Below the pieces are notes generated by a model that was not told the DNA's origin, searched no databases, and worked only from the letters and a program-made list of their open reading frames with translations. A stretch of DNA of 63,573 nucleotides, counting the filler, from Rhabdomonas costata (lineage: Eukaryota), in assembly GCA_019059605.1 (NCBI GenBank). It is 51 parts of 51 records of this genome, joined end to end, with 100 filler letters (N's around TTAATTAATTAA, not from the genome) between each part and the next. Parts side by side here need not be neighbours in the genome. Positions count along the whole stretch, not along the records: positions 49,950 to 51,099 come from JAHMHO010026237.1; positions 51,200 to 52,347 come from JAHMHO010026238.1; positions 52,448 to 53,595 come from JAHMHO010026239.1; positions 53,696 to 54,843 come from JAHMHO010026240.1; positions 54,944 to 56,091 come from JAHMHO010026242.1; positions 56,192 to 57,339 come from JAHMHO010026243.1; positions 57,440 to 58,587 come from JAHMHO010026244.1; positions 58,688 to 59,832 come from JAHMHO010026245.1; 43 more parts are not named here. One strand, given 5' to 3'. The position numbers were made by a program, and so were the translations under genes. The stretch's first letter is position 1. Each line of letters opens with the position of its first letter. Of the stretch, positions 50,249 to 62,559 are shown piece after piece.

Positions 50249-50797
50249 CAACTGGGATGGGCTCGTGGTATGTCACGCGATAGACCCGGCACTCCTTCCG
50301 CCCAGCTGCCGCCAGGACACGGGAGTCCGGACCCATTCCACTGTACACCATCCCTGCGCGACGTGAAACCCAACCCCCGATAAACGCGAACAAAGAGAAA
50401 GCATCAGACGAGCTCACTCGGATTGCATTTCACTCTCCAGTCAACACAGGTGCAACTTATTTTGCAGAGCCCGGGCATTCTGGTGTGCCAGTAGTGCGTT
50501 CACGACGAGAAGAAATCAGGGGGGGTCAAAGAAATCGGAATTTCAGTTTCCACAGGGAGCGTTGAGCGGCAGGGGCACACCGACGTGCTCGTCCAGGGGA
50601 CTGATCTTCTGTACGGAGCTAGGATCCATCAGCGGAGTGGCCATCTTCTTCTCCGTGGCCAGCACAACCCCATTGGTGGCCTTGATTGCCAAGCTAGTGC
50701 TGCCCTGGCCCACCGCGGCGATGGCGTGGTCGAGCTGCCCCAACTTCCCCGAAGGGCTGAACGTGGTCAGGCTGAAACTGTACCCGCTTTCCCCCAT
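50249..50797 (-). CDS. PSMA2: 20S proteasome subunit alpha-2 (exons 50797-50581, 50353-50249)
   Basis: [25 protein letters not shown]...[14 protein letters not shown]...[16 protein letters not shown]...YHEPIPV. Confidence 0.96.
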
Positions 50798-51283
50798 TTT
50801 GCTTTTGGGTGTGTCCCCTGCTTTCCTTCGTCGAGCTTGGGTGAGTCGCTTGTCTCTCCACCTCTGGCGTGCGTTCGCCTCAAAAGGAGGAAAAAACGCA
50901 GGAAACCGAAAGCCTATAAAAAATCCCTCGGAAAAGGAGCAGGGAAAGTAAACTGGTGAAATAACACAGAATCCAGGGTGACCACTTACGGAACATTCAG
51001 TCCACTCAAAATGCTTGCTGAGAACTCCCCCCCCCCCCCTGCTTTGCCCAAATTCAAGCAGAAGGTCGGCCCAACGGAAGTTGGGGGAGGGGGGGGGACN
51101 NNNNNNNNNNNNNNNNNNNNNNNNNNNNNNNNNNNNNNNNNNNTTAATTAATTAANNNNNNNNNNNNNNNNNNNNNNNNNNNNNNNNNNNNNNNNNNNNG
51201 TGTTGGGTGTGGTTGGTGTGTGGGGGGAACGGCAGGTTCAAAGACCCCGTATGGACGTGTGTTGGGTGGGGAGGGAAGGCTGC

Positions 51284-52347
51284 CTGAGGGATCGGGTTCC
51301 AGCACCATGCTGGCCATCTTCAGGGGGTCAAACAAAGCTTTGCGTGTGAAGGGGATGTACTCGCTGTCCCCGACAATGGAGCGAATCACCTGAGCGCACG
51401 CACTCGCACGGAGAACTGATCGCCAATTGACACTTTTGGGATATTGTGAACAGAAGGCAAGGCGGGGCTAGGGATGCACCCACACCCACACTCGTAGGTT
51501 CTTGAGATTTTTCTCAGAGGGCTCAGAAGGAAACGTTATTCCTACTGTCAAAGCTGTGATACAGTTGTAGTACTTAATTGGCGCTGTTTGCAGCACACCC
51601 CAGAGGACGAGTGGGCAAGCTGCCGTTTGACTTAGCGCCATCATTCCGTGGTGGTTAGAGTGCGCAAAGTGGTTTGGCTGAGGGAAAGGGGAAGGGGAAG
51701 CGACCACCCGGGCTCTCGCAGGGATGCAAGCATGCACTCCCGCGCCCGTGCCACAATACCCATACAAGCACATACCCTGGCTAAGAGGGCCGTGTTCCCG
51801 GGCCATAGAGCCCACCTGTGGCCCGGAGGGGCGCTGATGCGGCAGCTCGCAGCGCATGCCGCGGCGTCGGGGCAGGAGTAAGACAGACGCGCTGCGGAGA
51901 AAGGATACGTAAGAAGGGAGAAAGGCCCACAGCACGAACGCAAGTGAGCCAGCACCTTTCCCTTTGTCGCTCACGGATGCTATTCCACCGCGTTTCACTC
52001 GCTTGGCTGGTGCTCAACTCTCTCGTGCGGGTGTCATTTGTTGCCCTACAATCTCCGTTGCTACCCTAACCAATGCCATCATTCAAAGAATGCGCACACA
52101 AATGCACACAAAAAAGCACCACGTCATTCGCTAATAAAACGCACTGTCCAAACACATCACAACAGCACATGCCCAAGTCACTGAAGATGTCCCCTGCAAG
52201 GGCAGAGGGGACCGAGGCCCACCACCCCACTGCGCCCACCGTACCACTACTGTCCCACCGCGAGCGCAGCCCAGAGCACATCCGCAGCAAATGTTCCACA
52301 GTGATGTTACGGCGAGGGTTCCCAGGCTCCAGCGTCGACCGGCAGCC
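51284..52347 (-). CDS. Beta-lactamase/AmpC-like serine hydrolase family protein (exons 52347-52245, 51891-51776, 51389-51284)
   Basis: NPRRNITVEHLLRMCSGL, PPGHRW....NTALLAR|VIRSIVG, RKALFDPLKMASMVLEPDPSG match ITL.HLL.M.SGL, PPG..W.Y and LFDPLGM...E.D.SG. Confidence 0.8.
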
Positions 52348-54558
52348 NNNNNNNNNNNNNNNNNNNNNNNNNNNNNNNNNNNNNNNNNNNNTTAATTAAT
52401 TAANNNNNNNNNNNNNNNNNNNNNNNNNNNNNNNNNNNNNNNNNNNNATGTTCAAACAGCACTATGCCCGTCTTGTTCAGATCGCACATGCGCTTGCAGC
52501 GCATTTTAAAACTAAGATTTTTCCTTTGCCTGCGAGCTGCACGGGCTAACTCCAGCAGCTTGACCTGTTCGGAAACGGCCCGGTCAACCATGCCTAGCTC
52601 CAAGAGTTCATATACCTGGTACACCGAACAGGTCACCGGAGACCAGAACGACGTACTCGCGGAGGCGGCAAATTTCCCTCCCTTCCTAATCCACGTGAAA
52701 GAACTCCATGTGGATTGGGTTGTGAAAGCAGTAACGGCGTCCGCCCGCCCTGATGAACTCAAGTTGGGGCGGAAGGGCAGATGAGGAAAATTTGTTGCGA
52801 CAAAGGCTCTATGTCCGGTTTCCTTTCACCACCCATTCACCACCAAGGGGATATCCGCTACGCTCTGCCTTGCTTGCGGAATCCAAGGTGACGTGCAGGG
52901 GGAGCATGTACTATGTTGCGCCAAGCTCGGTCGACCACCGGGTGGACTTTGCCGTTCACCCCTCCAAAAAAGCCCGTTCCAAATTCGAAGGCGGACCACT
53001 ATGTTTTGGGTATACACCAAGCAATTGATCCCTTATTTTTCGGATTTATCGGCTGAGAAGTGAAATTATGTAACCCGAGGCTTGAGGAATCCATCACAAC
53101 TGCATTGTTTTGAAAAGCAAACCTTGAAGAGAATCTGCAGAATAAATCAAGCTTAGAACTGCACCAAGGAATATCCAGCGAAAGAATTGCAAGGTCATTG
53201 GGTGAGGCAAGAAACTCCAAATAATAGGAGGAGAACAAAGACACGGTAAATTACAGCGGGGGCTATTTGGGTAGGCAAAATGGACAGCCGTTAAGGCAAA
53301 AGCGTCACATAAGGCAGAACTGGCAAAACATTTCAAAGGTAATGGGACTATTAGAAAATATTTTATACGTCATTCCCAGTCAATTCAGGAGCAAAAAAGC
53401 AGTGCGCATTAAGACAGCAAATCCACCCCCCAATAAGTTCACATCGTGCAGAAAGTTGAGGGAGGACATGCAAAAAGATTGCATGAAAAACCCAGGCACA
53501 CACATTTTTTAGATATACAGTGGAGGCTTTGGCCCCCATTTTAACGTCCTCAATACAGTCGTGTTTTCACACCTTTGTTTTCACACACACCAACANNNNN
53601 NNNNNNNNNNNNNNNNNNNNNNNNNNNNNNNNNNNNNNNTTAATTAATTAANNNNNNNNNNNNNNNNNNNNNNNNNNNNNNNNNNNNNNNNNNNNGCTCT
53701 GCCGGTATCCTGTAAAGACAATCAATACGGGCATTCAGGTCTGAGAGTTTTTTCATTCATTTTTTCCCCTACACCATCCCCCTTCCTGTGAGGGCCGCTG
53801 TCACACCCGTTCAGCTGACCTGGGTTGTTGGACCCGCATCGACACATGTCTTATGGGTTATCATGAATAATGAAGAGAGAGATGTCATATGATTGATATT
53901 TGTGTGATATTTTCATGCATCATTGCTTTAGGCGCTGCCGTTTTTGGTGGACGAGGTTTTTTTTGGGGGGGGGGTGGCTTTGCAGCTGTTGTTCACCGAA
54001 ATTTGTTTGCAGTGCCACCTTGGAATCGGTATGGGCAATGGTTTGCAGGCTTGAATGACTGCAAGGCACCCCCGGTGCCCACCTGTGGCAGCCGCAGATT
54101 CACTTGCCCGGTCGGATACTATCACCATTACCATCACCACACACACACACACACACACACACACGCAGAAGTAAAAGCGGAAAGACCATCGAGCATTGCA
54201 AGAAATCCCTTATGCTAGGGCCAAAGTACTCTCAGACGCACCAGGGCAAGGAATCAGTGAGGCAACCTCGAGGTACCGGAGGCGCAGAGGAAGAATGTGC
54301 TGGCACGGCGACGCCTGTAGACACCGGTGCTGCCCGTCCACCCATCCGAAAGGAAAGCTCCAAGGGTTGTTCCCGCGAGAAAAGGCCCCAGCCCCCCCGG
54401 AAAGGAGTGTGGAGTCGCAGAGACCTGAGCAGCAATGAAACAATTCAGGTAGCCGCTGGAAAAGAGCAGCTGCGAGACAATGGCCCGGGACCCGTGGGGC
54501 TGAAGGGAGGTTACCAGATGTGGATCGTTCGGCGGTGAGCCGGTTCCGGTTCCCCACG

Positions 54559-54684
54559 GCACCGTTCGCGCTCCAGCGGCACCTCTCGCGAGCACCCGTG
54601 GCCAACAGCGCGTGCGCCCAACAACCAGTCAACCAGTCAACCAGGCAACAGCCAGCGCGCAACGCGCCCAACACACACACACAC
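54559..54684 (+). repeat. Repeat family B, most complete copy, ending in (CA)n
   Basis: ~125 nt near-identical to 25995-26124. Confidence 0.92.
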
Positions 54685-54947
54685 GCAGCCGAAAAGTCAT
54701 GAACTTGACAAGCGCAGGCAAACATTACCACGATAGCGTTCGGATGAAGAGAGCCAAAGGAGTACATTATAAACAACAAACGAATGGGAACACTGAACAG
54801 GTCAATGGTTCAGTATATTAACTCCGACCACTCCCCAAACACCNNNNNNNNNNNNNNNNNNNNNNNNNNNNNNNNNNNNNNNNNNNNTTAATTAATTAAN
54901 NNNNNNNNNNNNNNNNNNNNNNNNNNNNNNNNNNNNNNNNNNNTGGT

Positions 54948-55073
54948 GTGTCTTACGAGAGGTGTGATGGGTATTCTCGGAACAGATACTTTGGCGCTTC
55001 ATTGTTTCATACCCTCAAGGTGTTGGGTCGAGAGTCTGTTCCGAGAATACCCATCACACCTCTCGTAAGACAC
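54948..55073. repeat. Perfect 39-bp inverted repeat at contig start (54948-54986 / 55035-55073); probable fold-back artefact
   Basis: Exact reverse complement starting at the contig edge. Confidence 0.88.
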
Positions 55074-56023
55074 AGCAATTCCAATGCACTTCCACTGGTA
55101 CCAGTGTCCCACCAGACACTGTGCGGGCGCGCCTCTTCGCCCTTTCACGAGATATTCATGAGGACAACAGACAGTAATGTACAGGCTGTTGCCTATGCAG
55201 GTGCAAGGCAGATGCAAAAGGGCAAAGCCATCCTCACTGTGGGGGAGGCGGCTCCCCGCCACCTTCCACACTCGCAGTGCTTTGGGTCTCAGCCTCTCCG
55301 GCAGCTGTGGGCTGGTCCGCCGAGCCACGTGGAGGTGCAGATCCATCTGCTGCCCCCTCAGCCGAGGGCGGAGAGGAGGACCCACCCTGAACAAGACAGT
55401 CCTCAGGAAAACGCTGGGGGAATACGAATGGGCCGATTCTTAAATACAAAAATATGCACGTGCCCAGCGGTACAAAACGGACACCATAGTCTGCAAATCT
55501 TCGTCGGGTATCTCCGCCATTTCGCTCCGTTTTTAAGAATCACGTGTTTCCAACGGTGAGCTGGCGACTACACGAGACCTTCGAACACACATCGAGAAAG
55601 GAAAAGAAAGTTCACTCATGGGAGGGGGGGTCAACTTACTGTTTGCAACTGCGCTGCATTTCAGTTGTTTGGGTCAAAGTCTCGTCTCTTGATGGTGACC
55701 TTTTTTATATTCCTGTGAACTTTTGAAACAAAGGGGGGGGGGATGCCTGCACCGCAGAGCCCACAGATAGGATGGAGTACGGTTTCCCAAAGGCCGCCAC
55801 CCCAACAAGGTAATCGGGAAGTACAACGCCAATAAGCACATCTTTCCTGGCGCATATAAAATCTCTATATAATCTGCAGCACTGGCCAACTGGGGGCATG
55901 CACAGTTGGGAGGGGGTGCCCGTCAAACGGGTGTTAGACGGTCGTCTATGTTAGAGCTGTAACTTATGTCTAGGGACATCGCGTGAGCGTGTTCCCTTCG
56001 ATTGTGACGCTCGTGCGAAATTG

Positions 56024-56091
56024 CCCCTGAGATATCAATAGAGGCATTGCAGGGGGTTATGAAGGCGAGACACGTACCCCTAGGATTCCAA
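56024..56091 (+). repeat. Minisatellite family A, diverged ~1.3 copies
   Basis: CCCCTGAGATATCAATAGAGGCATTGCAGGGGGTTATGAAGGCGAGACACGTACCCCTAGGATTC resembles the 24979 unit. Confidence 0.7.
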
Positions 56092-58695
56092 NNNNNNNNN
56101 NNNNNNNNNNNNNNNNNNNNNNNNNNNNNNNNNNNTTAATTAATTAANNNNNNNNNNNNNNNNNNNNNNNNNNNNNNNNNNNNNNNNNNNNGGGTGGGGG
56201 GGGGGCTGACCTCGTAGTATCCCGAGAGATGCACAGAAATCTCCGCTCCCTCTGTGAAGAACTGCACCTGAGCAACACCGCAGAGGAAAGTTGGGGGAAA
56301 GGGTCATACGGGCTTGGGACAGCAAAGTCTAGCGCTCCCAAGTAGGAAGGAAGATTCGGTGATGATCAGTCACAACGAAAAAAAATTTGGAAAATTTTAA
56401 CTGCCCAGCCTTCGCCACGGCGCAGACAGTTCTCGCCTTTTATGCGCCTTTTATCATTGACAAAGCTCGATCTTAAAATGCCTATCACATAATAAAAAAA
56501 GATCCAATAATTCAATATTTTTCTCGCTTCTCCGTCGCCAGAACTCCTTTTACCCTTTCCAAGTCGAGGCTTATCCTCAAGTAATTTTGCTACCGTCCCA
56601 CTCATCCACTGTGTACTTGTATTTTGCTTCTCGTTTCATCAATTTTTTTTGAAAAGACAACAAGTCACGGCACTGCGGCACAGGCAGGAGTTCTTGAGGA
56701 GTCTGGGGGGCAGCACCAAAACAATTTACAAGAAAGAACATGAGACAGATCGCAGGAGGATAAACAAAAAACAGGTTGAAACAAGATCGATTTTTCATCA
56801 ATTTCGGGGTAAAAAACCACGGTCCCCGCCCCCCATAATCTTGCCCTTTTTAGCTGGAAAAGGCCGATTGGGGCACTTTTGGTGTTGTTGTGCAAAGCAT
56901 ATGCGTCCCCTCTTTCTGTTGTCAAGGTTGATTTACAATGGGGCATCAATGAACCATGGAGCTCCACGACTTGAAACTGCGTTCAGCTCCACCATTACTA
57001 CGCACCCACACAACCGAAACACGGCTAAAACGGAGGTCATACTATTGGTGTGTTCCCACCCAACAGAAGAGAGGAAACAAAGAAAATTCCAGTCTCTTGC
57101 AGGAACTCCCGCTTTCCAACTCCCAAAACTCTCTGTCACCGTCACCTCAGTCAGTCTCTCTCTATCCTAACTCTGACCTGAGACTGAAGATATCGAAAAA
57201 CAAGCAAACCAGGCGCCAACCCTTGATACCACCCGTTCCGGACACGCGTGGGGACGGCCAACAACAGCTTTTTCACCAAACTCTGCTCACACCTACCAGG
57301 CACCGTTTTCCTTCCGCCTCTCCGCTCCCACCCCCAACCNNNNNNNNNNNNNNNNNNNNNNNNNNNNNNNNNNNNNNNNNNNNTTAATTAATTAANNNNN
57401 NNNNNNNNNNNNNNNNNNNNNNNNNNNNNNNNNNNNNNNGTGTTGGGTGTGGTTGGGGGTTTCGGGACTTTCCGGCAGAGGAACCCCCAAAGGTGTAACC
57501 ATGACCGGGACAGCGCTAAGAGCATCACTGGCAGAAGCGCTCCACATCACTTCAGAATGGAAACGCAACGAATCTGGCAAAACGGAGGGTGGAATCCCCG
57601 GGGGAAAAAACCGTGAACAAGAAAGCGGCAACACAGAACTCTCCCCGAAAAAAAAAGAGGATGGAAAAAAAAGAGCAGAGCGAATGTTAGTGTGGACGAA
57701 ATGGGGAAGGGCGGGGAGAAAAGGAATGCGCGAGGAAGCAGAAGGTGGAGAAATCTGCCTGCAGAACAGCAACAGACGCAGAGACGATAACAAGAGAATG
57801 CTTTGGTTTAATCTGGCTTTCCAACTTTGGTTCTTTTTGAAGTCATTCAGAAATGAAAGGTACAAGAAAAAGCCTTCCTAAAAAAAGTTCGAGAATGTCA
57901 CCTTAATCCTGGCCACTAACATTCCCATTCTGCACAACCTGCCAGGACTGTCTTGCAAGCACCAAGGGATGTTGATGATTCACCACCCCCCCCCCCCCCC
58001 GCAACCTCAAGATATGCTCCAAGCAGAAGAGCACAAAACAGAACTTGAATGGCCAGACTCTCGGTTATCTCCCTTCATCCGCAAAACGTGTCCCGGCATG
58101 TGCTCCAAAAAAGGCTTCTTGTAGTCTCGAAAGATACCAGTGGTTCCATTTTAATCACTGGACACACTTTGGTTTTCCGACAACCTAGTGGGGAGGAGAC
58201 TTGCTCACCTCTTGCCTTCTCTCCTCGAAACTCGGGGCACGAGATCAATTGCAGTCTGCACCAGTAGCAGACTAGGGAAGCAATCAAGCCAGCAGTGCTT
58301 TAAACCCACACACCGAAAACGATGCGTGATGGCACACTCCCGGGGCGAATCCGGAGGGGAAAGAGAACGAGGCAGCTGGGCGGGAGGTGGGGGAGGAAAA
58401 GTGATCGTCAGCGCCGGACATGGGCTCTCACTGTGGGAGCTTTAGGGAAAACGCCGGGCGACAAGCACTCTTGTTTGGAGCCAATACAATTGCCACGGGA
58501 AGATGGGGTCGACCAACCCAGGAAAATGGAAGGAAGGATGGAAAGTTGATGGAGAGCAGGACCCACACAACCAACCACACCCAACACNNNNNNNNNNNNN
58601 NNNNNNNNNNNNNNNNNNNNNNNNNNNNNNNTTAATTAATTAANNNNNNNNNNNNNNNNNNNNNNNNNNNNNNNNNNNNNNNNNNNNGTTGGTTG

Positions 58696-58929
58696 GGGTT
58701 TCTAACGAAGCTGTGAACACCTATCGCAGTGGGTTTCCTGTCCGGCCTTTACTCTGTCAACGTTTGCGATTTCTCAGCTTCTCTCTTGTAACGCTAAGTT
58801 GGGTATGTCCTTTGATGCGGGTTTGTTGCAACGAAGGGATTTCAGGGGGCTCTCTTCCCGTGAAGCATGTCCGACCAAGTTCAGGCTTGGTGGGTTTCTA
58901 ACGAAGCTGTGAACACATATCGCAGTGGG
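58696..58929. repeat. 38-bp direct repeat (58696-58733, 58892-58929) in the intron upstream of the SEC24 exons
   Basis: GGGTTTCTAACGAAGCTGTGAACAC(C/A)TATCGCAGTGGG occurs twice, period 196. Confidence 0.9.
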
Positions 58930-58967
58930 GTACCAGGACGCCCATTCTTACTGTTTGACGTTGCCAG

Positions 58968-59832
58968 GCTTCCTGGGGACGACCGCACAATGACAGCCCT
59001 GCTGACGTTTGACTCCAACGTTCACTACTATTCTCTGAAGGTGCGCGCGGCAATCCACTCATCCCATCCACCGAAACACTTGTATTCGGGGGGAGGGGGG
59101 GACTTGAACGTTTAGCACTGCCAGTGGTGCTAAGCATTTAACGCCCCCTCCCTCACACACATAAAAACTTCAGTGGCCCGCACACTGCCTCCGCTCAGAC
59201 ACATCACAATATCCTGGTTCCTCAGACCTCCCCTGCTGGCCTCTGGCCGGTCTTTTGGTCCTGCGAAGAACATTGCGACCTTTGTCAATGTTTCTTTGAG
59301 TTCCTTCGTGTTTGCGTGCTCCAAGCCCGAGCACCCTATGGTGTGGTTTTGCGCTCCTCAGGGCAGTCTTCCCCAGGCCAAGATGATCGTTTGCCCCGAG
59401 CTGACCTTCACAGGGGGCAACCAGAAGGAGTCCGTCGACGACGTCCTCGTGCCGCTGCCGGACGACCTCTTCGTCAGCCTGCAGGACTCGCGCAGGGTGC
59501 TGGAGTCTCTGCTGGACAGGTGCAAGAGGGGTGAGGCGACGATGAATGATAGGGGGGGGGTCCTTTTTGCCTCCTACGCTCCACCCAGGCAAGATGGGCA
59601 CTTCGTTCGGTACGTTCACCGGTGCTTTGAACTTGGGTTCTGAGACAAACCACAAAGCCATCGTTTGAGTCGTGAAGCTGTATTGGAGTCGTGATGACGC
59701 CAGTTGGAGCTGCGTTTGGTGGTGGTCAGAGGGAACAGGACAAGGGCCCTGGTGGATGCGCAAGTCGGCGAATTGGCGGTTGGGTTTGGGTTCACAGATT
59801 ACCGACCCTGTGGCAGAGTACACCAACCCCCC
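58968..59832 (+). CDS. SEC24: COPII subunit Sec24, trunk-domain fragment (exons 58968-59040, 59362-59519, 59798-59832)
   Basis: LPGDDRTMTALLTFDSNVHYYSLK|GSLPQAKMIV...DDVLVPLPDDLFVSLQDSRRVLESLLDR|LP matches Sec24 LPG..RT.IG.ITFD..IHFY.L...L.QP.M..V.D..D.F.P.P..L.V.L.ES. Confidence 0.88.
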
Positions 59833-59932
59833 NNNNNNNNNNNNNNNNNNNNNNNNNNNNNNNNNNNNNNNNNNNNTTAATTAATTAANNNNNNNNNNNN
59901 NNNNNNNNNNNNNNNNNNNNNNNNNNNNNNNN

Positions 59933-60840
59933 GGGTTGTCCACCTCCATCCCCAGCACTGCCACGGCGGGCAGCAAGGTGAGGTAGGCAGGGCGCTGCGC
60001 AACTAGGAAGTGGCTGAGGTGCACGGCGAGGGGGAGTTTGCGGTAGCAGGTCAGCGCAAGGAACACCAGCAGTCGGAGAGGGAAGATCTAAATACACCGC
60101 AAAGGGAACGAAAAAGGAAAGGAAGACGGCATTTAGGAAGAGGGAAACCTCCACAAGGTACTGGAATGCCCTAAGGCTCTGGTGGAGACAAAACAGCAAG
60201 GAAAAAAGGAGGAAAGTAAGGACTGCAAATGAAATACGCGGTTCTAACTAGTCACACATTCCAAGAGGAAGGTGGTGTGGGAGGAAGGAAATAGCACTGT
60301 TCTTGGTGGTTGGGGCAGAACCACTCGCATAGGCATCATGAAATGAGCATCGCCCTGGAGGGTAAGAATGAAGAGGTGAACGAAGCACTGGGTCGGCATG
60401 CGAGTATGTCCCCTAACTTTGAGCGCACACCCATTGTGTGCTTGGAGTGCAACTACTTTCTGCGTTTTTTCTCTCCCTCCCACCCAGCTCCCTACCCTCG
60501 ATTGGGCATGGCCCAATGGGCCTCATCCCCCTTCTCTGTTCACTCTGCGCCTCACAGCTGCCTTGCAGGGTCCATCGCTTCCCTCGAAAGATGCATCCGA
60601 TGGTGCGCGGGGAAACACGCACAGACGCGAAGACGCACACGCACGCACGGAGGCACGCACCAGCAGCACCAGCACCAGCAGGCTGAGGCTGAGGCTTGGC
60701 GCCAGAGTGAGGTGCCGCGAGACTTCCGGACCCGGCCTGGCCGCAGAGAGGTGAGCAGTGCCGAACATCCCACAGGCCAGCCACGCCATCGCCGTGAACG
60801 TGGGGTGGCCCAGCACCGCGACCGGGAGGTCGAGCAGCAC
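59933..60840 (-). CDS. Hypothetical multi-pass membrane protein, two exons
   Basis: Hydrophobic GC3-rich exons VLLDLPVAVLGHPTFTAMAWL...LLVLVLL | IFPLRLLVFLALTCYRK with GT-AG borders. Confidence 0.5.
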
Positions 60841-61227
60841 CTTTTATTTGTTTCCATAAAACAACGCGCACGCTTGGCGATGAACGGCAATATAATTAAA
60901 AGTCAACGGGAGGGGCACGCGTGCAGCGTGCATGGAACCTTGGAGTCCCAAGTGAATGCGCGAAGAAGGCCACGAGGGATCGGTTCCCACCGCAGGAAGG
61001 CTACCACCTGCGCAACAAATATAGAAAAGCACCTTCCGAGCATCCTAGGGAAAGAATCTTAATGACGTAAAACAAACCCCNNNNNNNNNNNNNNNNNNNN
61101 NNNNNNNNNNNNNNNNNNNNNNNNTTAATTAATTAANNNNNNNNNNNNNNNNNNNNNNNNNNNNNNNNNNNNNNNNNNNNGGGGGTTTGTGCCTCTGCGC
61201 ATCTTTTCTTTGTTCTTGGGATATTCA

Positions 61228-62100
61228 GGTTCGTCCAGGACAGGTATTCCTCCTTCCAGGTACCCCCCCCTCACACCTCACCAATGAAGAGGGATGGCTT
61301 GGCGGGCAGTGACATTGATGGTTGGGCTTACGGAGTGTTTTAAATGATATGTACATATAACATTTCTTCACAGCAGCGAAAGACACGTTCATGATGGGTT
61401 GGTTGCTGGGGCCTTGTGGGGCAGTGCTCTGGGGAATTGGCGCGGCATCACACCTCCTGCGCACAAACACCTCCTGCCCCCAGGCTCGCTTTGTGTGCAT
61501 CCGCCCAAACCACGCCCATGTCCATTGGAATATTTGAACCATACATGAATGTTATATTGTCCGCGCCACCTTAAAACAGTGAGAGTTTTTGAGATGGAAT
61601 CGTTTATGTGACAAGCGGTATTTACAAAGCAGAAAGTCCGCTGTGGAACTTCAGTTGAAATGGTGCATTTGAACGGCTTGGTTGGTGGGAATAGGTATCT
61701 TCGCAAACGTCGCACTGAAAAGGCTGCATAGTGAAATGGTTTTCTCACATGGCACGCGACTTCATGTGTTGTTTCAGGAAATTTTCGGGCTTTTTCAGAC
61801 ATCAAAGCGACCTGTTGAGGGTCATCTCGACAATAAGAGTCTCGTCTTTGAGGTTCCGTGATCAGGTTTTGCCGAATTATCGGTTCATCTGTCACCCTCA
61901 CTTTTGACATATCTACATATCATTTGGTACACCGGGTAGTTTAAGGTCTCTCTCCATCTCTGTTTCATTTGCAGGTGGAGGCCGACGTGTTTATCCCGCA
62001 GCCCGGGGTGTTCCTGAACGAGTCCACCACCCGCAGCCTGAGCAAGGCGGAGTACATCAAGGCCTACACCGCCTTCAACACGGTCCTCTTTGACCTGCAG
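61228..62100 (+). CDS. Hypothetical protein, exon fragments (main exon 61975-62100)
   Basis: Strong GC3 bias in VEADVFIPQPGVFLNESTTRSLSKAEYIKAYTAFNTVLFDLQ; AG acceptor and probable GC donor. Confidence 0.5.
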
Positions 62101-62559
62101 GCATGGCCCCAACTTCTCATTCCCTTCCCATACAGATTGGAATTGCCACGCGATTTTTCGATTTGCCATAAGCCCGCTGCCCGATGACTTGTCGGTCCAC
62201 CTCTTGCATTGCTTCGCGCACAATCGAAGTCCGGTTGACGAGGACTCCAAAGAAATATGCAATGTGGCAAAGACGCGATCTTGACTCCTCTCTGCCTTCT
62301 CTGTTTCACTGGAAGTTGGTTGCAGAGANNNNNNNNNNNNNNNNNNNNNNNNNNNNNNNNNNNNNNNNNNNNTTAATTAATTAANNNNNNNNNNNNNNNN
62401 NNNNNNNNNNNNNNNNNNNNNNNNNNNNTTGTTGGTGTACTGCATATAGTTCTGAAACTGTCACGTCGTCAAAGAGTAAAACAAGCACCACCACCCCCTG
62501 CCAAAAAATGTCTCTCCCTGGGGGGATGAGGAGTGCGGTGGTTCGCGCTGGCCAGATGC

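Noticed and set aside
50984-51015. Spliced-leader-like sequence upstream of PSMA2 (TTTTGAGTGGACTGAATGTTCC|GTAAGT)
   Set aside because: Only weak resemblance to euglenid SL as I recall it, with no poly-T run or SL RNA structure; more likely a UTR donor or chance
60310-61062. Long listed ORFs such as 60310-61062, 32668-33372, 59170-59826 and 54948-55559
   Set aside because: Antisense or off-frame shadows of real exons, or GC-rich chance ORFs, with no recognisable protein features
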